The notes: generated by a model from the letters alone, not told the origin. A stretch of 64,000 nucleotides of DNA from Eutreptiella sp. 'Long Island Sound 2002' (GCA_964036045.1 OZ038378.1:94674001-94738000), one strand, 5' to 3'. Numbered from the stretch's first letter, positions 49,830 through 63,720 are shown. Translations and numbers: made by a program.

Positions 49830-51753
49830 CCCTTGGTACACCTTAGAAGACCCAATCTCGTTCTAGCCTAGAACACTCCAGCCTGGATGTTCTAGCCTAG
49901 AATAGATCAATACTAGAACGATATAGTAGCCCGGGTAGAACACAAAAAACAAATTATCACAGTGGGTTCAGGGGGGGTGCATGGCACATAGACTCATCGC
50001 AACCAACACACTAGAGCAAGGCTAGAAGAAGGCTAGAACAAAAACATGCACACACATTTGGCGAGCAAAAGACACCAATGTGGGAGGAGGGGGGTTTCAT
50101 GACACATAGACACATAGAAACCATCACATTTGGTACATGTATAGTCATATGTGCACGCGCGCACAAACACAAACTAAAACGTCGCTAGAACATCGCTAGA
50201 ACAGCTCCCGCGAACGCCGCTAGAACACAAATAGTAAATGCTTACCCGCCCCCCCCCCCTCCCTTGGAATGGCAACAAATACATGTGTGCCCACAGACAT
50301 GACATCACGGAGCATACAACAGCATACCACAGCACACCCCATAGGGTGCAGACACCACACAACATGCCCCAAACGGCTAAACACCCATCAAATAACCCAA
50401 GCTGCCAAACAACTCAACGTAGGTACAAACCAAAGCAAACAAGCAACCATCATAGTAGTCACCCAACCAGACAGCCAACCCTATTGCACGATACCCCACC
50501 ACACCCCACCACATGACACCCGACCACACCACATGACAACACAGCACACCACAACGCACATCATGTGACCACAACACACCACGCCACTACACAGTACGGC
50601 ACACCATAGCAGATCACACACCAAAACAGACTACAACATAGTGTCATGTGGTGTGGTGTGGTGTGGCGGGGTACCGTGCGATAAGGTTGCCTGTCTGGTT
50701 GGGTGAATGGTGTGTTGGTTGCTTGGCAGGTTGGGTTGTTTGGTAGGTTGGGTTATTTGTTGGGTCTTTAGCCGGTTGGGGCATGCTATGTGGTGTCTGC
50801 ACCCTGTGGTGTGTGGTGCTTTATGCTGGTGTATGCTCTGTGATGTCATGTCTGTGGGTAGACATGTACTCACTGCCATTCCACGGGAGGGGGGGGTGCT
50901 GATAAGCATTTACTATTTTTGTTCTAGTGGCGTTCTAGGGCACTGTTCTAGCGACGTTCTAGCGGCGTTCTAGTGGCCGCGAGAACGTCCCTGGAACTAG
51001 AACGACGCTGGAACAAAAATAGTCAATGCTTATTAGCCCAGTTCGGTCGCGTGGAATGGGAGCAAATACAGTGTACCCACGGACATGTCATAACAGAGCA
51101 TACAACGGCATACGGCACCTAACACCACAGGGTGCAAACACCACACAGCGTGCCCTAACGAGCAAAACACCCAACAAATGACCCAAGCTGCCAAACAACC
51201 CAACCTGCCAAGCAACGAACACACCATTCAACCAACCAGAAAGGCAACCCTATTGCACGATATCCCATCACACCACACCACACCACATGACACCACACCT
51301 CACCACATGACACACAACCGCACCACATGACAACACAGCATACCACAGGGCACGTCATGTGACCACAACACACAACGCCCGCCACCAAGTACAACACACC
51401 ATAGCAAATCACACACTACAGCAGACCACATCACACCGCAGCACACCGCACCACATGACACCACTTTGCATCTTACGAGACCACAACACACCACAACATT
51501 GCACAACATTGCATGGCATACGGGCAAATTGAAATTGCATTTCGTCAGTCAAATTTCATAAAAATCCAATAAAAAACCACCTGTGAAACAAAGAAAAGAA
51601 CACCCTCCTTGAGTTCAACCCACCCCAGAAGGTAGTTCTCAAGCCCCCCCTGAAAAATGTGTGACAAAAGCAAAGATGCCAGCCCCCCCCCAACCAACGC
51701 TTGAAGGGAGGGCAAGCACACAATGCCCGTGCCTATGTCAAAATGTGTGCGTT

Positions 51754-51816
<63 letters not shown>

Positions 51817-52241
51817 ACATATGACTAGACATGTACCAAATGTGATGGTTTCTATGTGTCTATGTGTCATGGAACCCCCCCCCCATTCCAGAATTGGTAT
51901 CTTTTACTTGCCAAATGTGTGTGCATGTTTTTGTTCTAGCCTTGTTCTAGCGAAGCGTTGTAGCGACGTACTAGCGCCGTGCTAGCGGGGCGGCGCTAGA
52001 ATGGCGCTAGAACGTCGCTAGAACAGGTTTTTGTACTTGTTGAATTTCAGGACAAAAATGTGTTTTTCTGAAAAACAAGGTATGGACCCCCTAGTATGTT
52101 GATAGGGGTCTAATTTGCACCCTTCGTATCCCCGGCCCCCTATGCCCAGCGCGTCGCGGCAACCACTAATTTTTTTTGTTCGAGCCACTGTAGCAGCGTG
52201 AAGGCTAGAACGAGATTGGCTCTTCTAGCGTGTACCAAGGG
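49830..52241 (+). mobile_element. E4: complete 2412-bp non-autonomous CCCTTGG-ended element with TA target duplication
   Basis: Inverted termini cccttggtacac...gtgtaccaaggg; TA at 49828-49829 and 52242-52243; internal (TG)n at about 51757-51816. Confidence 0.9.
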
Positions 52242-54879
52242 TAGGTGTCAGTGTATGTGGATGAAAAAAAAAAAGGGGGTACAAACGACCCAAACGCAAA
52301 AATAGAATGTGCACCTTTTAATATTTGTGCCATTAAGATATTAAACTGCTATTTTCTCCAAAATCAAAAACTAACAATTTGGTTTGAATCTAGGACACTA
52401 GGGTGTTGTTGTACACTGCCAAACGCACTACGCAACCTAGTATCGTGGAAGTATTAGCAGTTCAGCAGGCAAGGGGTGATGCAGAGCAAAAACGATGCGA
52501 AACACCAATATTTCTTGCGTTGACAAGAATCACAGTGTGCTTCTACAATTTATTGTGAAAAAAGAAGCCCCGATATGTGATGAGCAATGCAACACCATGC
52601 ATTAATGCATTCCTAGGCAAGCTATCACATGACTCTTGTACTTGGGTGTCAATTTACACACGCTAGTGCACCCATGCTTGACAGTGCCCATAGTAGGCCC
52701 ATTTGACCCGCCCCACAGAGGAGTGCAATAACCCCCATAATAGAGCCAATTGAGGGCATTTCGGGGTGTTCTCGTTGGGCCGCCTAAGCTTTCATATCCA
52801 AGCATCATGGTGGCAATCCCCCCCTTGAATCTAATCCAACACTCCCTGCCTGGAGCGGGGGTGTTACCCTAGCTCCACAATCGGTCAACGCATCTATGGC
52901 TAGACCCTATCCCTAGACGTGCAGGGTACTACTAGTAAGGAATTTAGGCCTCCTCTCCATCGCTTGCACGTTGCAACCTTTATAGATCCACCACAACCTG
53001 CACAAGCACGCCTAATTTAATGAGTGCCCCGTGGAATGGATCCAAGAGCACTAAAACCAACCCCAGGCTTGGGTATCTAGCCATGTGCAAAACGGCCACA
53101 AAAAGGGCCCAAAGGCAACCAATTACCTACAGTTGTGTATGCGCTGGGGCGCACACCTACCCACACATCAGTGCGAGGCCCATAGGAGATAGCCCAAGGC
53201 ACGTGGTGCGTTGGCCACACCGACCACGTTATCCACCAAATCAACCGGTAGGCCCGTGCACAAGAACAACCTTCGTGACCTGAAGTAGGGAGGACCATAG
53301 GCAACAATGCCCTGAGGGCCCATCTATCATACACGGGCTTTAGTAGCCCCACCGCACGCCAGCGGTCGGGTGCCGGTGGGCATACCTTCAACGCCTGGTC
53401 ACCCTAGGAGGAGCTGCTCTTGAACCTAGCAGGGGATTTCTATAATTCTTCCTCATGGGTTGGCAATTAATACACTACATAGATGGTGGGGACCATGTGC
53501 GAGGTGCACATCGAATCTAGGCCGTTCCAAAAATTCATGACCAAGGCCACCATGTGTTGTGCTGTCCACGCCAGCACGGTTGCAACTTGTGCAACGCAAC
53601 GCGAGATGTGTCCAAGGAGACCAAATATGGGGTCTCTACCGCCAGAAGGTGCCGCTCCCCCCATAGACATATGGCTGAAAGTGCCAACCTACTGGGGATA
53701 CCATGGCTAAAGAAAACGTTCGGTCGTGTGCACTTTTCTTTTGGTGTAAAGTGGGCATGCAAATAAGTAACAAAACCTTTTGTTACGTAGCACATTGAGG
53801 AAAATGCACGCGAGGCTTCCAAACGAAAGTCCATCTTCATCTTGCCGAGCTTGGATCCGGAGGTGCCTTCGCAGCCACTTCTGACGCCGATTTCGGGCTC
53901 ATTAAGGAATTTCCATGCGATGTGAACTGATCAACATGCGATCAACAATTTTGTGTTGGGCTTATGAGTTGATCCTATCATCATGTGGCTTGACCACCCC
54001 CAACCAAACATCCTGCCACGAGTTTGGACGCCTATTTTGGGATCTCACGCAATAAACCTTGCCGCGCCTTACCCAAGAGCGCCAGGTAGTGGGTGCACAG
54101 CAGCTGCGATTGCTCCTCAAGTTTCCACAGTTGAAAGAATACTGCCCCCTGGCGTGAAAAGCAGCGGTGCTCCGACTATCATTGACAGAGGACCCGGAGG
54201 ATCACCAAAGCCTCGATCACCAATGGCCACGTGAAATTCGCGTAGCAAAAAATGAACCGGTGTCGGCACACGTCCCGACAACAGCCACGGTACCAATTTG
54301 ATTGCCATGGGTTCGTGGACATCCCCGGAAAAACTATTCATGGCCCCCTGGGGCCACCAATGGCACGATCACAACCTCATAACCCCCGTGGCAATAGTCG
54401 AGAGGCATAATCCCAAAATATTTCACACAACTCCCAATGAGGTCACCGCCACAACCATTCCACACTGCAAGGCACACCACAATGGCCTCTAGTACCTTGT
54501 AACAGAGGGAGGGAAGGGGTAGCTCCGAGTGTGGTGGCCTTGTACCTTGTGCAACCGCGAGGTGGAATGCTCGGCACACACGCTCCCACCTGGGTCTACC
54601 CTCCTAGCACGGGGATATGGCCACAACCATGTGCATAGTTGGGAACAAAACTCTGGTCAGCCCACAAAAAAAGCCACTAGCCCGAAGCTTTTTGGCAACC
54701 AGCCAGTAGATTGTGTATTTTGGGGTAATTTTTTTGTGTTTTCCATTTTTTTTGTGAGAAATGTGAAAAAAGTCTACCATTTTTGGTGCTTCGTGCCTCT
54801 TTCTTCCTACCACTTCTCCAAATGTTTCACAAAACACGATTGGTCAATTCATGCATGTGACTTGGACACCACTCTGGTT

Positions 54880-55230
54880 GGGCTGTTTTTTCGACCTCAG
54901 ATGTGTGTTGTTTATTCCTAATTGTCCTATGGACATCATGATATCTTTCTTTTTCACCTGTGGATGGGTGTTGTTTGTTGATGATCGTGATTTGGACATT
55001 ACTCCTATTTTCTTTACAACTTTGGATGGATGCTGTTCATTCTTGATTGAGGACCGGACATCGTTGATGTTGTTCTTCCTCATTGTGATCTGGCCATCTG
55101 TGTTCATTTTTTTTCAGAACTCGGGATGGGTGCCGTTTATTCCTCGTTGTGATCTGGACATGGTTGGTGTTTCTTTTTTGTTTACCATTGTCGATGGGTG
55201 TTGTTCATTCCTCATTCCCCACTTGCAACA
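54880..55230. repeat. Degenerate ~60-bp tandem repeat
   Basis: Recurring ggatgggtgttgtt(c/t)attcctc and ttgtgatctgg(a/c)cat motifs. Confidence 0.6.
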
Positions 55231-56063
55231 CAATGTAGCATGGCATCCATGGGGTCCATGGACACTCCCACTCCAAGGAATACACGTACATTGTCGACAA
55301 CAATCCATAGGATATGCTACTTGCGGACGTGTCACAACGTATTGTGCGTGGGCACAATTGCCCAACTACAAACATTACAAATCTGCCAGCCACTCCGATC
55401 TCTCCCTCTCGTAGGCCGAAAACCCCATGTTCCTCCACCTCTGCCTCCTCCGCCTCCTCTCCCCCCCCTCTGCTCTCCCCTACCCGCTTGACCCTCATCC
55501 TGCGCTTCCTCGGTTTGCTCATCTTTGGTGGCCGTGGACGAACTGGTTAGCGTGAAGGACACAGCCAGCTTGGGGCACCGCAGCGAGAAGCAACTAGAGG
55601 TAAATTCCTTGTCATCGATAGGAAAATAAGTTTCAACATTGGTGTAGGGTTTGGATGCATATATTATCGGTGCCGCTCATCAGCCGTCTCGCTTTGCAGC
55701 ACCATCACCTTGTTGCATGGGGTGCTCAAATAAGGATAATACCTCCTTGAATTGTTCTGAAACCCTTCAAGTACATCAAATCCGCCGGAACGATGAAGAG
55801 GTGCTGCCGTGCCAGCCCAATGATGCGACTGAGATGCTGATGGTTCGTGAGCACCGTCGTGATGTTGTCGCACAAGTAGGGTATGTCCTTGATCGCCACA
55901 TTTACGCGCCGCTAGCTGATTCTCAATTTCAATCATAGGTCATGAGAAAACGGGAAAACTCGGTTAGGGATTGACGGATTAGCGAATTCGGCATTTTATA
56001 AGATTTCTTGGAGTGACTAGGAGCTGGCACTTTGCACTACCCTACCATACCTTACCTCATTGA

Positions 56064-56657
56064 TTGCTTTCCGTCCAGAATGAGCAGTGTTGTGTGGACC
56101 CAAGGGGGGTAGAATGTTGCACGGAAATTCAGACAAACGGAGTAACAGATTGGGCCTTGGCACCTCGGATTGCCTTATCATGCCTTACCTCAAGGCAGGG
56201 GATCCCATTTGGCAAGAGACAGCCCATGGATCTTGCAAAGCAAATAATGCTCTACAGTGACCGCTTTCAAACGGGTGCGCTTAAGCCCCTTGACGTACTT
56301 CAGTGTTTACCACCCCCGTTCCACCACTGTCATTGTATCCGGGCTGGTCAGAAAAACAGAGATGTGTGGATGCGCCTACGCAGCTTTATCCAATTCATTG
56401 AAAACGAAATGCCAAACTTGGGAAACCAAATCGCATATCTGTGCGGGATTGAAAGTGGTGGAGGAGGTAACAAGCAAGTCACAAGGGAGGTTGCCAGCAC
56501 GCAGTTGAGTAAGCAACTTCAGCTTTATTTGCACAGCTTGCTCGTCAGCCTCTGGCAGGGGGGGCAAGGGAGGCTGAAAATGTTCATGGATCACATTGAG
56601 ACACTGGGTACCATGGGCTCTAATGCTCCAGATCGTGCAGCATCCTGCATGTGCTAG
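56064..56657 (+). other. Unassigned 197-codon ORF, possibly a TE protein fragment
   Basis: Open frame in non-repetitive sequence; no motif recognised with confidence. Confidence 0.2.
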
Positions 56658-56957
56658 CAAAAAAAGTCCACGAAACTGGGTGCCTTACCACTGCTTGTGT
56701 GCTACAAAAGCACATGTCCACCCCCTGTGTGTGCCTTTACCAGAAAATTAGCTGATGGAGACTCAAATTTAGCGCGACCATCGGGGTTGTAGGGGGACAC
56801 CATAGAACCAAGTGCTGAAGCCTAGGTAAAAGACTATACCAAGTTGAATTGCTTCACATCACGGCCATCCAAATGCAATTCTAACCAACTCAGCAACCAA
56901 GGCCTCACCACTATGGTCAAGTACAACAGAACCCCGCCCTGTAATTTGGAATGCCTC

Positions 56958-57760
56958 TCACACCGAACCCATGCATGGACCACATCCGAATAAAAAAAAA
57001 GTACACAAAAAAAACTCATTCATCAAAGCAAACAACAATGCATCTCTCCTCCCCCTATTTACCGTCTGGCTCAGTAGAACTTCCAGCAACCCAATTACTA
57101 CAATCACATAGGAGCACTTCATGCGCCGCAATGCATCAACAGAAAACGCACACCAACGACGCGTGCAACGCCCCCAATTTCGAGCATGCCACGTCAAGCG
57201 CCTGGGCCACCCCTTGAAGCATTTTCAACCTTGATGGGGCGTTGTTTGAAAAAAAAAAGCAGATGATTGCACCGCTTCCGAGAGCAAAACAAGGAAACTA
57301 TGCTCGAGGCGAATCGCGGCCTTAAAAGCAAGGTCGCACCTGTGGCAAGATGCATGGATCGGCACAATGACGCCATACTCAGCAACATCTTGGTCACCAA
57401 GGATTTCGATGACACCCCCATTCTCCCCTCGAACCACGCTTGCACCATCCCCACAAGAGAAAAAGAGCTTGGGGATCCAAACCTCTAGATCAACGCCGGC
57501 ACGAGCCATGCTGCGCTTAAATGCGGTGACAATACGGTGAGCGGTGCTGGAGGGGAGGGGTTGATATTAAAAAAAATTGGCAACCATCATTGAATCCACC
57601 ATCGTGCGGAGAAAAAAAAGGTGGTCTTTCTTGGATGTGCAATCGGTGCAAGAATCAAAAGCAATAAAAAAAGACTCACAACTCTTAACAGTGTTACCTT
57701 GAGCAGCACGGAACGGCTCATCAATGGAGCAAAAAAAGTCTTCACCTGGGGGGGGGGGGG
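56958..57760 (-). pseudogene. hAT-superfamily transposase remnant (ZNF862-like)
   Basis: FFIAFDSCTDCTSKKDHLFFLR (first Asp); SCGDGASVVRGENGGV (second Asp, DGASVMxG); IHASCHRCDLAF (CxxHRLxLA); CTRRW (TRW motif). Three frames, frameshifted. Confidence 0.85.
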
Positions 57761-59481
57761 GGGTGATAGTTGGGTATAATGGTGCCTCTTGTGAGCGAAA
57801 TGAGCTCATTATCCCCTTCCACATCTGTTAGGGGACCATATATAGTGCAGCTATAGTGTTAAACCGGTCTGTACACAGTAAGGAAAATTGCTGCAGCCCC
57901 CTCTTGCAAAGTGGCGAACAAAATACCAATACCTAATGTGACGCGCCCACCAGACCGCCACAAGGCTACGGACACATTGTGTGTGCCCCAGTTCTCCTGT
58001 TCATTGACAGTGAACGATTTGGGGGTGGAAATTTCTTGCAGGAAAAACACGGAGCTCTCAAGCTGTGGATGCGCACGTCAGGCCTTGCACCGCATGAGCA
58101 CACACACAAGATTGTACCGCAACCATGGCCGAGCCAGCTGCCATGCATGCGAGAACTTGCGTGCCTTAAGAACAGGGTGAGCCCACACGGGCTCCCGCGC
58201 GGCACTCCACGTACAAACAACGTCAGTGGTGTAGGTGGCATGAACACGGAAAAGACACGCAGGACATTGAGCGGTGTGGGAGGCCAACATGTCCCACATA
58301 CACGACAAATAAATGAAAAACACTATACCGCCCTTTCCACAAGTTGCATGCAGGCCTCATCAATAACCCGGTGGCACATAGTGCATGTGTGCTTGGTGCC
58401 GCAAATATTTGGACTGTATTGTGCATATTGGACGGCCGTGAACCCAAACGATTGCCAGTTGGGCGCAGGTGCCACTGGTGCGCCCTACGACCGCGTGGGC
58501 GAAGCCAGCACAAGGGATGATGGCTTGTGAAATGTGAGGGCATAGCCGTCCCGCATGGCGTTGGCTTTGCCAACCCGCCTGACTTCAGTGGGCTCTCCCT
58601 CCTTCGAACATAAATAGCGGAGGCCCTTAGCAACGCAGGGGAAATGCATCCAAGCAGCACCTTGGGGCGCAATGGGGCCAAGTGGCCGCACCCAAATGAC
58701 AGAACCCACGTCAAGGCTGATGAAAAGAAGGGGGGGGGGTGCAATGACAGCGGAGTGGAACGAAGAACACCCTTGTAAGCAACCTTGTTGTACCACCAAG
58801 TTTGGAGAGGAGGCTGCCCCTATCACCGCCGTTTTTCTACTCTAAATTTTGTCTTCTCCTCTTCCGTACATTGTTGATTACCCTACCCCACCTGTTGATA
58901 CCAACGTTGTTGTGCCACCAAGTTTGGGGAGGAGGCCACCCCTGTTACCAACCGTCGTATACTCCCAAGTTTCGCTCTTAACCATTCTCCTATGCATAGA
59001 TTACCGTAGCCGACCACGCACGCGAAACTTGCCTTGAAAAACATGTAAGAATGGCAACAATGTGAACAAAATGACAAAAGGCACACAACTTGCCAGACAA
59101 AGAAGGTCAATTGCATTATGAAATAGTGCGAACATAGTTATTTTCACCAATTTACACCGAACTTACACATATAAACACCGCCGTGGCCCAAAACTTGGGC
59201 ATTTTCAAAAAATATACGCATATACGCGCAAATTTGCTATTTAACCGCCGACTTGGCCAGCAATCAATCAAAAGCCGCATGCGCCCAGGGAATAATACTA
59301 GGGGAATATTATTAGTTGGGAGCTCCAATGAGAGCTCACGGGTGACCAATCAATTACCTAAATTGTCCTCTGCCTTCCTCAAGGGGAGGGGGGCATCAAT
59401 TCCCCCGCATCTTCTGTCGTAGGTTGGTTCATACATTGGAACCTCCCTGGTGCCCCGTGGTGCCTCCAGACTGTGCTAGTA

Positions 59482-59560
59482 TAACCCTATAACCCTATAA
59501 CCCTATAACCCTAACTCCAACCCTAACCCTAACCCTAGCCCTAGCCCTAGCTCTCAACCC
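59482..59560 (+). repeat. Interstitial telomere-like repeat, C-strand: (TAACCCTA)3 then CCCTAA/CCCTAG
   Basis: taaccctataaccctataaccctataaccctaactccaaccctaaccctaaccctagccctagccctag. Confidence 0.85.
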
Positions 59561-60489
59561 AGAGGGAGGGCAAGGGGAGGTCTCGGGAGCCTTTGCCCCA
59601 CCCACCACCACCACCCCAAATCACCCCACGTGGACGCCCCCCTCCATTTGGGCGAGGAGCAGCTGTGGCAACCACGAGCAAGCCTCGAACTCGTCTCTAT
59701 CATGCTGCTTCCGGGCATTGGTGTCATGTTGCCTATTGGGCATCTTCTTAACTTTGATTCCTCCAGGTAAGGATGATTTCCTTCTCACCACACCCCCTAC
59801 GGTGATGGCAGCATATGGTGAGGTGATACAATTGGCTTTGGCAAAGGGGGGGTAAATGGACTGGGCCTTTGCTCATTGCCCTTGAGCCTCGTGCCTCGTG
59901 TTAATAAGGCCCAAAGCTTACATCTTGTTCCTCCCACTCACCATCTCATTGCCCCATAGCGATTCCCACGGCGAAGATTGTCCCAATGGTGCTGAAAATC
60001 ATGCTGTGGTGGCCTGCCACAACTAGCCCCCGAATCGTTGCACAGTGTGTTAAGCAGTGGCCAATAGCTTGCCCCCTCATGAAGGGTAATACGTAGTGCG
60101 ACGGAAGAAGGGGTGTAAGAGGGTACATTTGCCCGGTGCGCGCCTAGCACGCCGGCCATCCAAATGAATGTTCCCGCCATTGATCACAATGCTTACCCCA
60201 AAACATGACTCCCTCCTCTATACTAGGAACCCAAAGCACAAAACATTGTATGGCTCTTGGCGGTCGATAAAATTCAAACCTTTTTGCCCAACAAATCGGA
60301 CCATCATGTGCAACCTACCCATGGCCACCCGCCTCAAAATCAAAGAATCGCGAGCTTGTGCGTGACGGACCACTGACGTGGCCGGACTGAAGAGTGGGAG
60401 TCCTTCACCCCAATTTGAGGGGCCACACCAAAGCGTGCAAAAACTTTGCCCGGCGCGCTAACACACTCTGTAAACTCGTATTGTGCCTC

Positions 60490-60575
60490 TTAGGGTTAGG
60501 GTCATGGGTAGGGTTAGGTGTAGGGTTAGGAGCAGTCTGAGGGTTGGGGTGGGCGTTAGAGTCAAGTTTGGGTTG
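60490..60575 (+). repeat. Interstitial telomere-like repeat, G-strand: degenerate TTAGGG
   Basis: ttagggttagggtcatgggtagggttaggtgtagggttagg...gagggttggggt. Confidence 0.75.
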
Positions 60576-62739
60576 AAGTATAGCGTTGGGGTGCTCCACC
60601 GCCTGGGCGGGGAGGGATGCTACAAGGGTAATGAAAAAATTTTTGGGGCGCCTTCGGTGCCACCATGTGTATGGCCAGTAGCTATTGACCCTTGGTAACT
60701 AAGTGGGCCCAGAGGGTAGGGAGGGGGGGGGGGAGTCGCGTACCCGAATCAAGGAGACGCCCCCCCCCCCCCCCGTGGTGGCCATGCCTATCTGAGTGTG
60801 TTCAACCAAAACCCCCATGCCACATATTGGAGGAATGATGCCGCAGTGGTGATAAAAAAAAGAGAGCCTAAGATGCAACAATGCGCTACTTTACAAATTT
60901 AAAGATTCCCGGAATCCTAGTTTTGGCGTTGGGTGTTTTGAATTAATACTAAGCAAAATTTTAGCGACACCATCCAAAATGGGCAGAGATGGGCAAAAAT
61001 TATCTTTTTTTCGCCTTTTTTTTGCGGAACCCAGGTTTGCGTAGGGTGTTAGACCGAAAAATCCTTTTTTTTTGCGGCAGGGGAGGGGCGTTTCTGCGAA
61101 ACGTCAAGTCATGGGGTTTTGCCTAAAATTGGCCACTTGGAAAAGGGGGGGGTTACCCCTTTTGCGCGCAACTAAAATTTGCCAAAACGCGCCGTGCGGG
61201 GTTACCTTGGATGTGCAAAGGTGTGTATTTGTCCCGTTTTTCAGCATGAAAAAGGAAATTGGGGGCCGGTTTGCCTCAAAAGTGACGGATCTTTGGATGT
61301 TTACTTGATGCTGCTGTTTCACATATCACGTGTGGCAGGGACACGGTGGCCTCAGGGGTTAGCATACAGCACCGGAGGCTTCCACTCTACCTGCTAACCA
61401 ATGCAATGCTGGTTGTACCCGCCGACCCCTGTCAGGGGGGGCCATGGACGATTACCCTTCTGCGCGGCCCAACAGTGAAGAGGGTGCCTCACAAAGCGCC
61501 CAAGCCTGCAAGGCGTACGTTTTGTCACGTTTCCCGCCTCACATCACCGCTTCATGGGGAGCACAATCCCACCATGCAGTCGTTTTGCGTCGTTTCGTGT
61601 TTCACGGGGTGTCCAGTCCCGGAACTTCGGTTGTGCCAACAACATGTACATCATCCGTCACGCTATGGGTTGTGTGTTATTGTGTCTCTCGCGGCAACAC
61701 GCAGAACTGGTTGACGCATGCACTTCGCGCCCCCCAAAAAAGCTCCCTAGGGGATAGACCCATCTAAGACTTTCAGTACTATATCCACTTCTCAAGCCAC
61801 CGCTTGCATTGCACTCGTCCCAAACCCCCGCCGTAACGTCTCATGCACCTACTTGTGCACCTCAAGTAATCGTCTACTTCCGCTACCGTTTGGACTTGCT
61901 ACTTGACTTCCGTTGTGGTGCTTGTCGCTTCTGTGCCAATGAAGCAGCCGCCACTATCTTCCCACTTTGCGCTCGCTTGGCTTGCTAATTGGGTTGCTTG
62001 GCGGCCTTTTTGTACACTTTCTTTTTCGCGACAACCACTTTGGCAATGCTGTCCGAACTGCTGCTTTTGGTCCGATGATGTAGAGGACGCCCAACCACTA
62101 CTAGAATTGGTCGTTGACGAACTATCCATGTCCTATCCGTCCGACCCATCGGACTTGCGACGCTTTGGACGCCAATCTTCGTCGGCCTCACTTGTGCCAT
62201 ATTTGTCCCCTCCTTCATCACCCGTGGTTGTGGCCTGTCCCGTGCCTTCCTCCGCTTCCCTGCGGGATTTTGGATTCCCAGTCTATTTGTGATTCAAATT
62301 TGGTTGTTGGTTGTCGGTACGTACGTACGTTTTTGGCCTTTTTGCCTGTTTCTTTTGTTTTAGTTGCCTGCATGTGCCACATCATGCTTGTTGGTGCATA
62401 TGTGTGCTATGGACTGCAATTCCACAGTCCAACTAACCAACATTTCTATACCTGTGTACGAATGGACTCCAATCCCAGAGTCCAAGGTACACACGGTTTC
62501 TTGCAATAGCAACAAAAGGAATCAACTCCTATCCCCAAAATGCGAAAAAAAAGAACCGCAAAACAGGGGGGGGGGGGGCGGCGCATCTGCGGAGAACGAC
62601 AAAATGGGGTGCTTTACAATAACTCCCCCCTTTTTCGTTGGCCAATTATTTAGGGCAAAGTAAGGATTTCAGATGACTGAAACCCCCCCTTTTTTGGGTG
62701 AAGGGTTTGCTTAGTCCCCCGATAACAACCATAACCCGA

Positions 62740-63590
62740 CGCAAGGGGTTCTTGTCCCCTTTGATGGGGACCCCCAAGAATGCAGGGATTACGTAGCACG
62801 TCCGCCCTCATGTGGGCCCCCGAGAAGGCAAGTGTGAGGTTGTCACTTTTGATTTTGTCCCCTTTGATGGGGACCGCCGAGAAGGCGGGGGTCACATGGC
62901 ACTTCCGCCCTTGTTGTGGGCCCCCGAGAAGGCAGGGGTGAGGTAGCCACTTTTGCCCTTGATGGGGACCCCCGAGAACGCAGTAGTTACGTAGCACCTC
63001 CGCCCTCATTTGGGCCCCCGAGAAGGCAGGGATGACGTAGCCACTTTTGATTTTGTCCCCTTTGATGGGGACCCCCGAGAACGCAGGAATCACATGGCAC
63101 TTGCGCCCTCATGTTGGCCCCCGAGAAGGCAGGGGTGAGGTAGCCACTTTTGCCCTTCATAGGGACCCCCGAGAACGCAGTAGTTACGTAGCACCTCCGC
63201 CCTCATTTGGGCCCCCGAGAAGGCAGGGGTGACATAGCCACTTTTGATTTTGTCCCCTTTGATGGGGACCCCGGGAACACAGCAGTTACACAGCACCTCC
63301 GCCCTCGTTTGGGCCCCCGAGAAGGCAGGGGTGAGGTAACCACTTTTGATTTTGTCCCCTTGTTTTGGGACACGCGAGAACGCGGGGGTTACGTAGCACG
63401 TGCGCCCTTATATGGGCCCACGAGCAGGCAAGTGTGAGGTAGCCACTTTTGATTTTGTCCCCTTTGATGGGGAGCCCCCGAGAACGCAGCGGTCACATAG
63501 CACTTCCGCCCTCATGTGGGCCCCTGAGAAGGCAGGGGTGAGGCAGTCACTTTGGATTCTGTCACCTATGATGGACCCCCCGGATGGCAA
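62740..63590. repeat. Satellite-like tandem repeat, ~94-104-bp unit (two ~50-bp subunits), about 8 copies
   Basis: gggcccccgagaaggcagggg recurs near 62815, 62919, 63013, 63117, 63211, 63313, 63415, 63519, alternating with gggacccccgagaacgcag. Confidence 0.9.
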
Positions 63591-63720
63591 TAGTTAGCAA
63601 GTGGAAGTTGAATTTCTGTGAGATGGAGAGTTGGGCGGCGTTTATCACGTAGGACGAACAACTTTCGGTTATGTGTTCTTTCACCCCCTATTTCTCACAA
63701 CAAAGCGTTGGGTCTAATGG

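Noticed and set aside
53300-54600. Possible tyrosine-recombinase motif (GHISR...)
   Set aside because: Lacks the surrounding R-H-R-Y catalytic pattern; similarity is superficial.
62650-63597. Repetitive ORFs (PAFSGVPIKGDKIKSG...)
   Set aside because: Translation of the satellite repeat; no evidence of coding.
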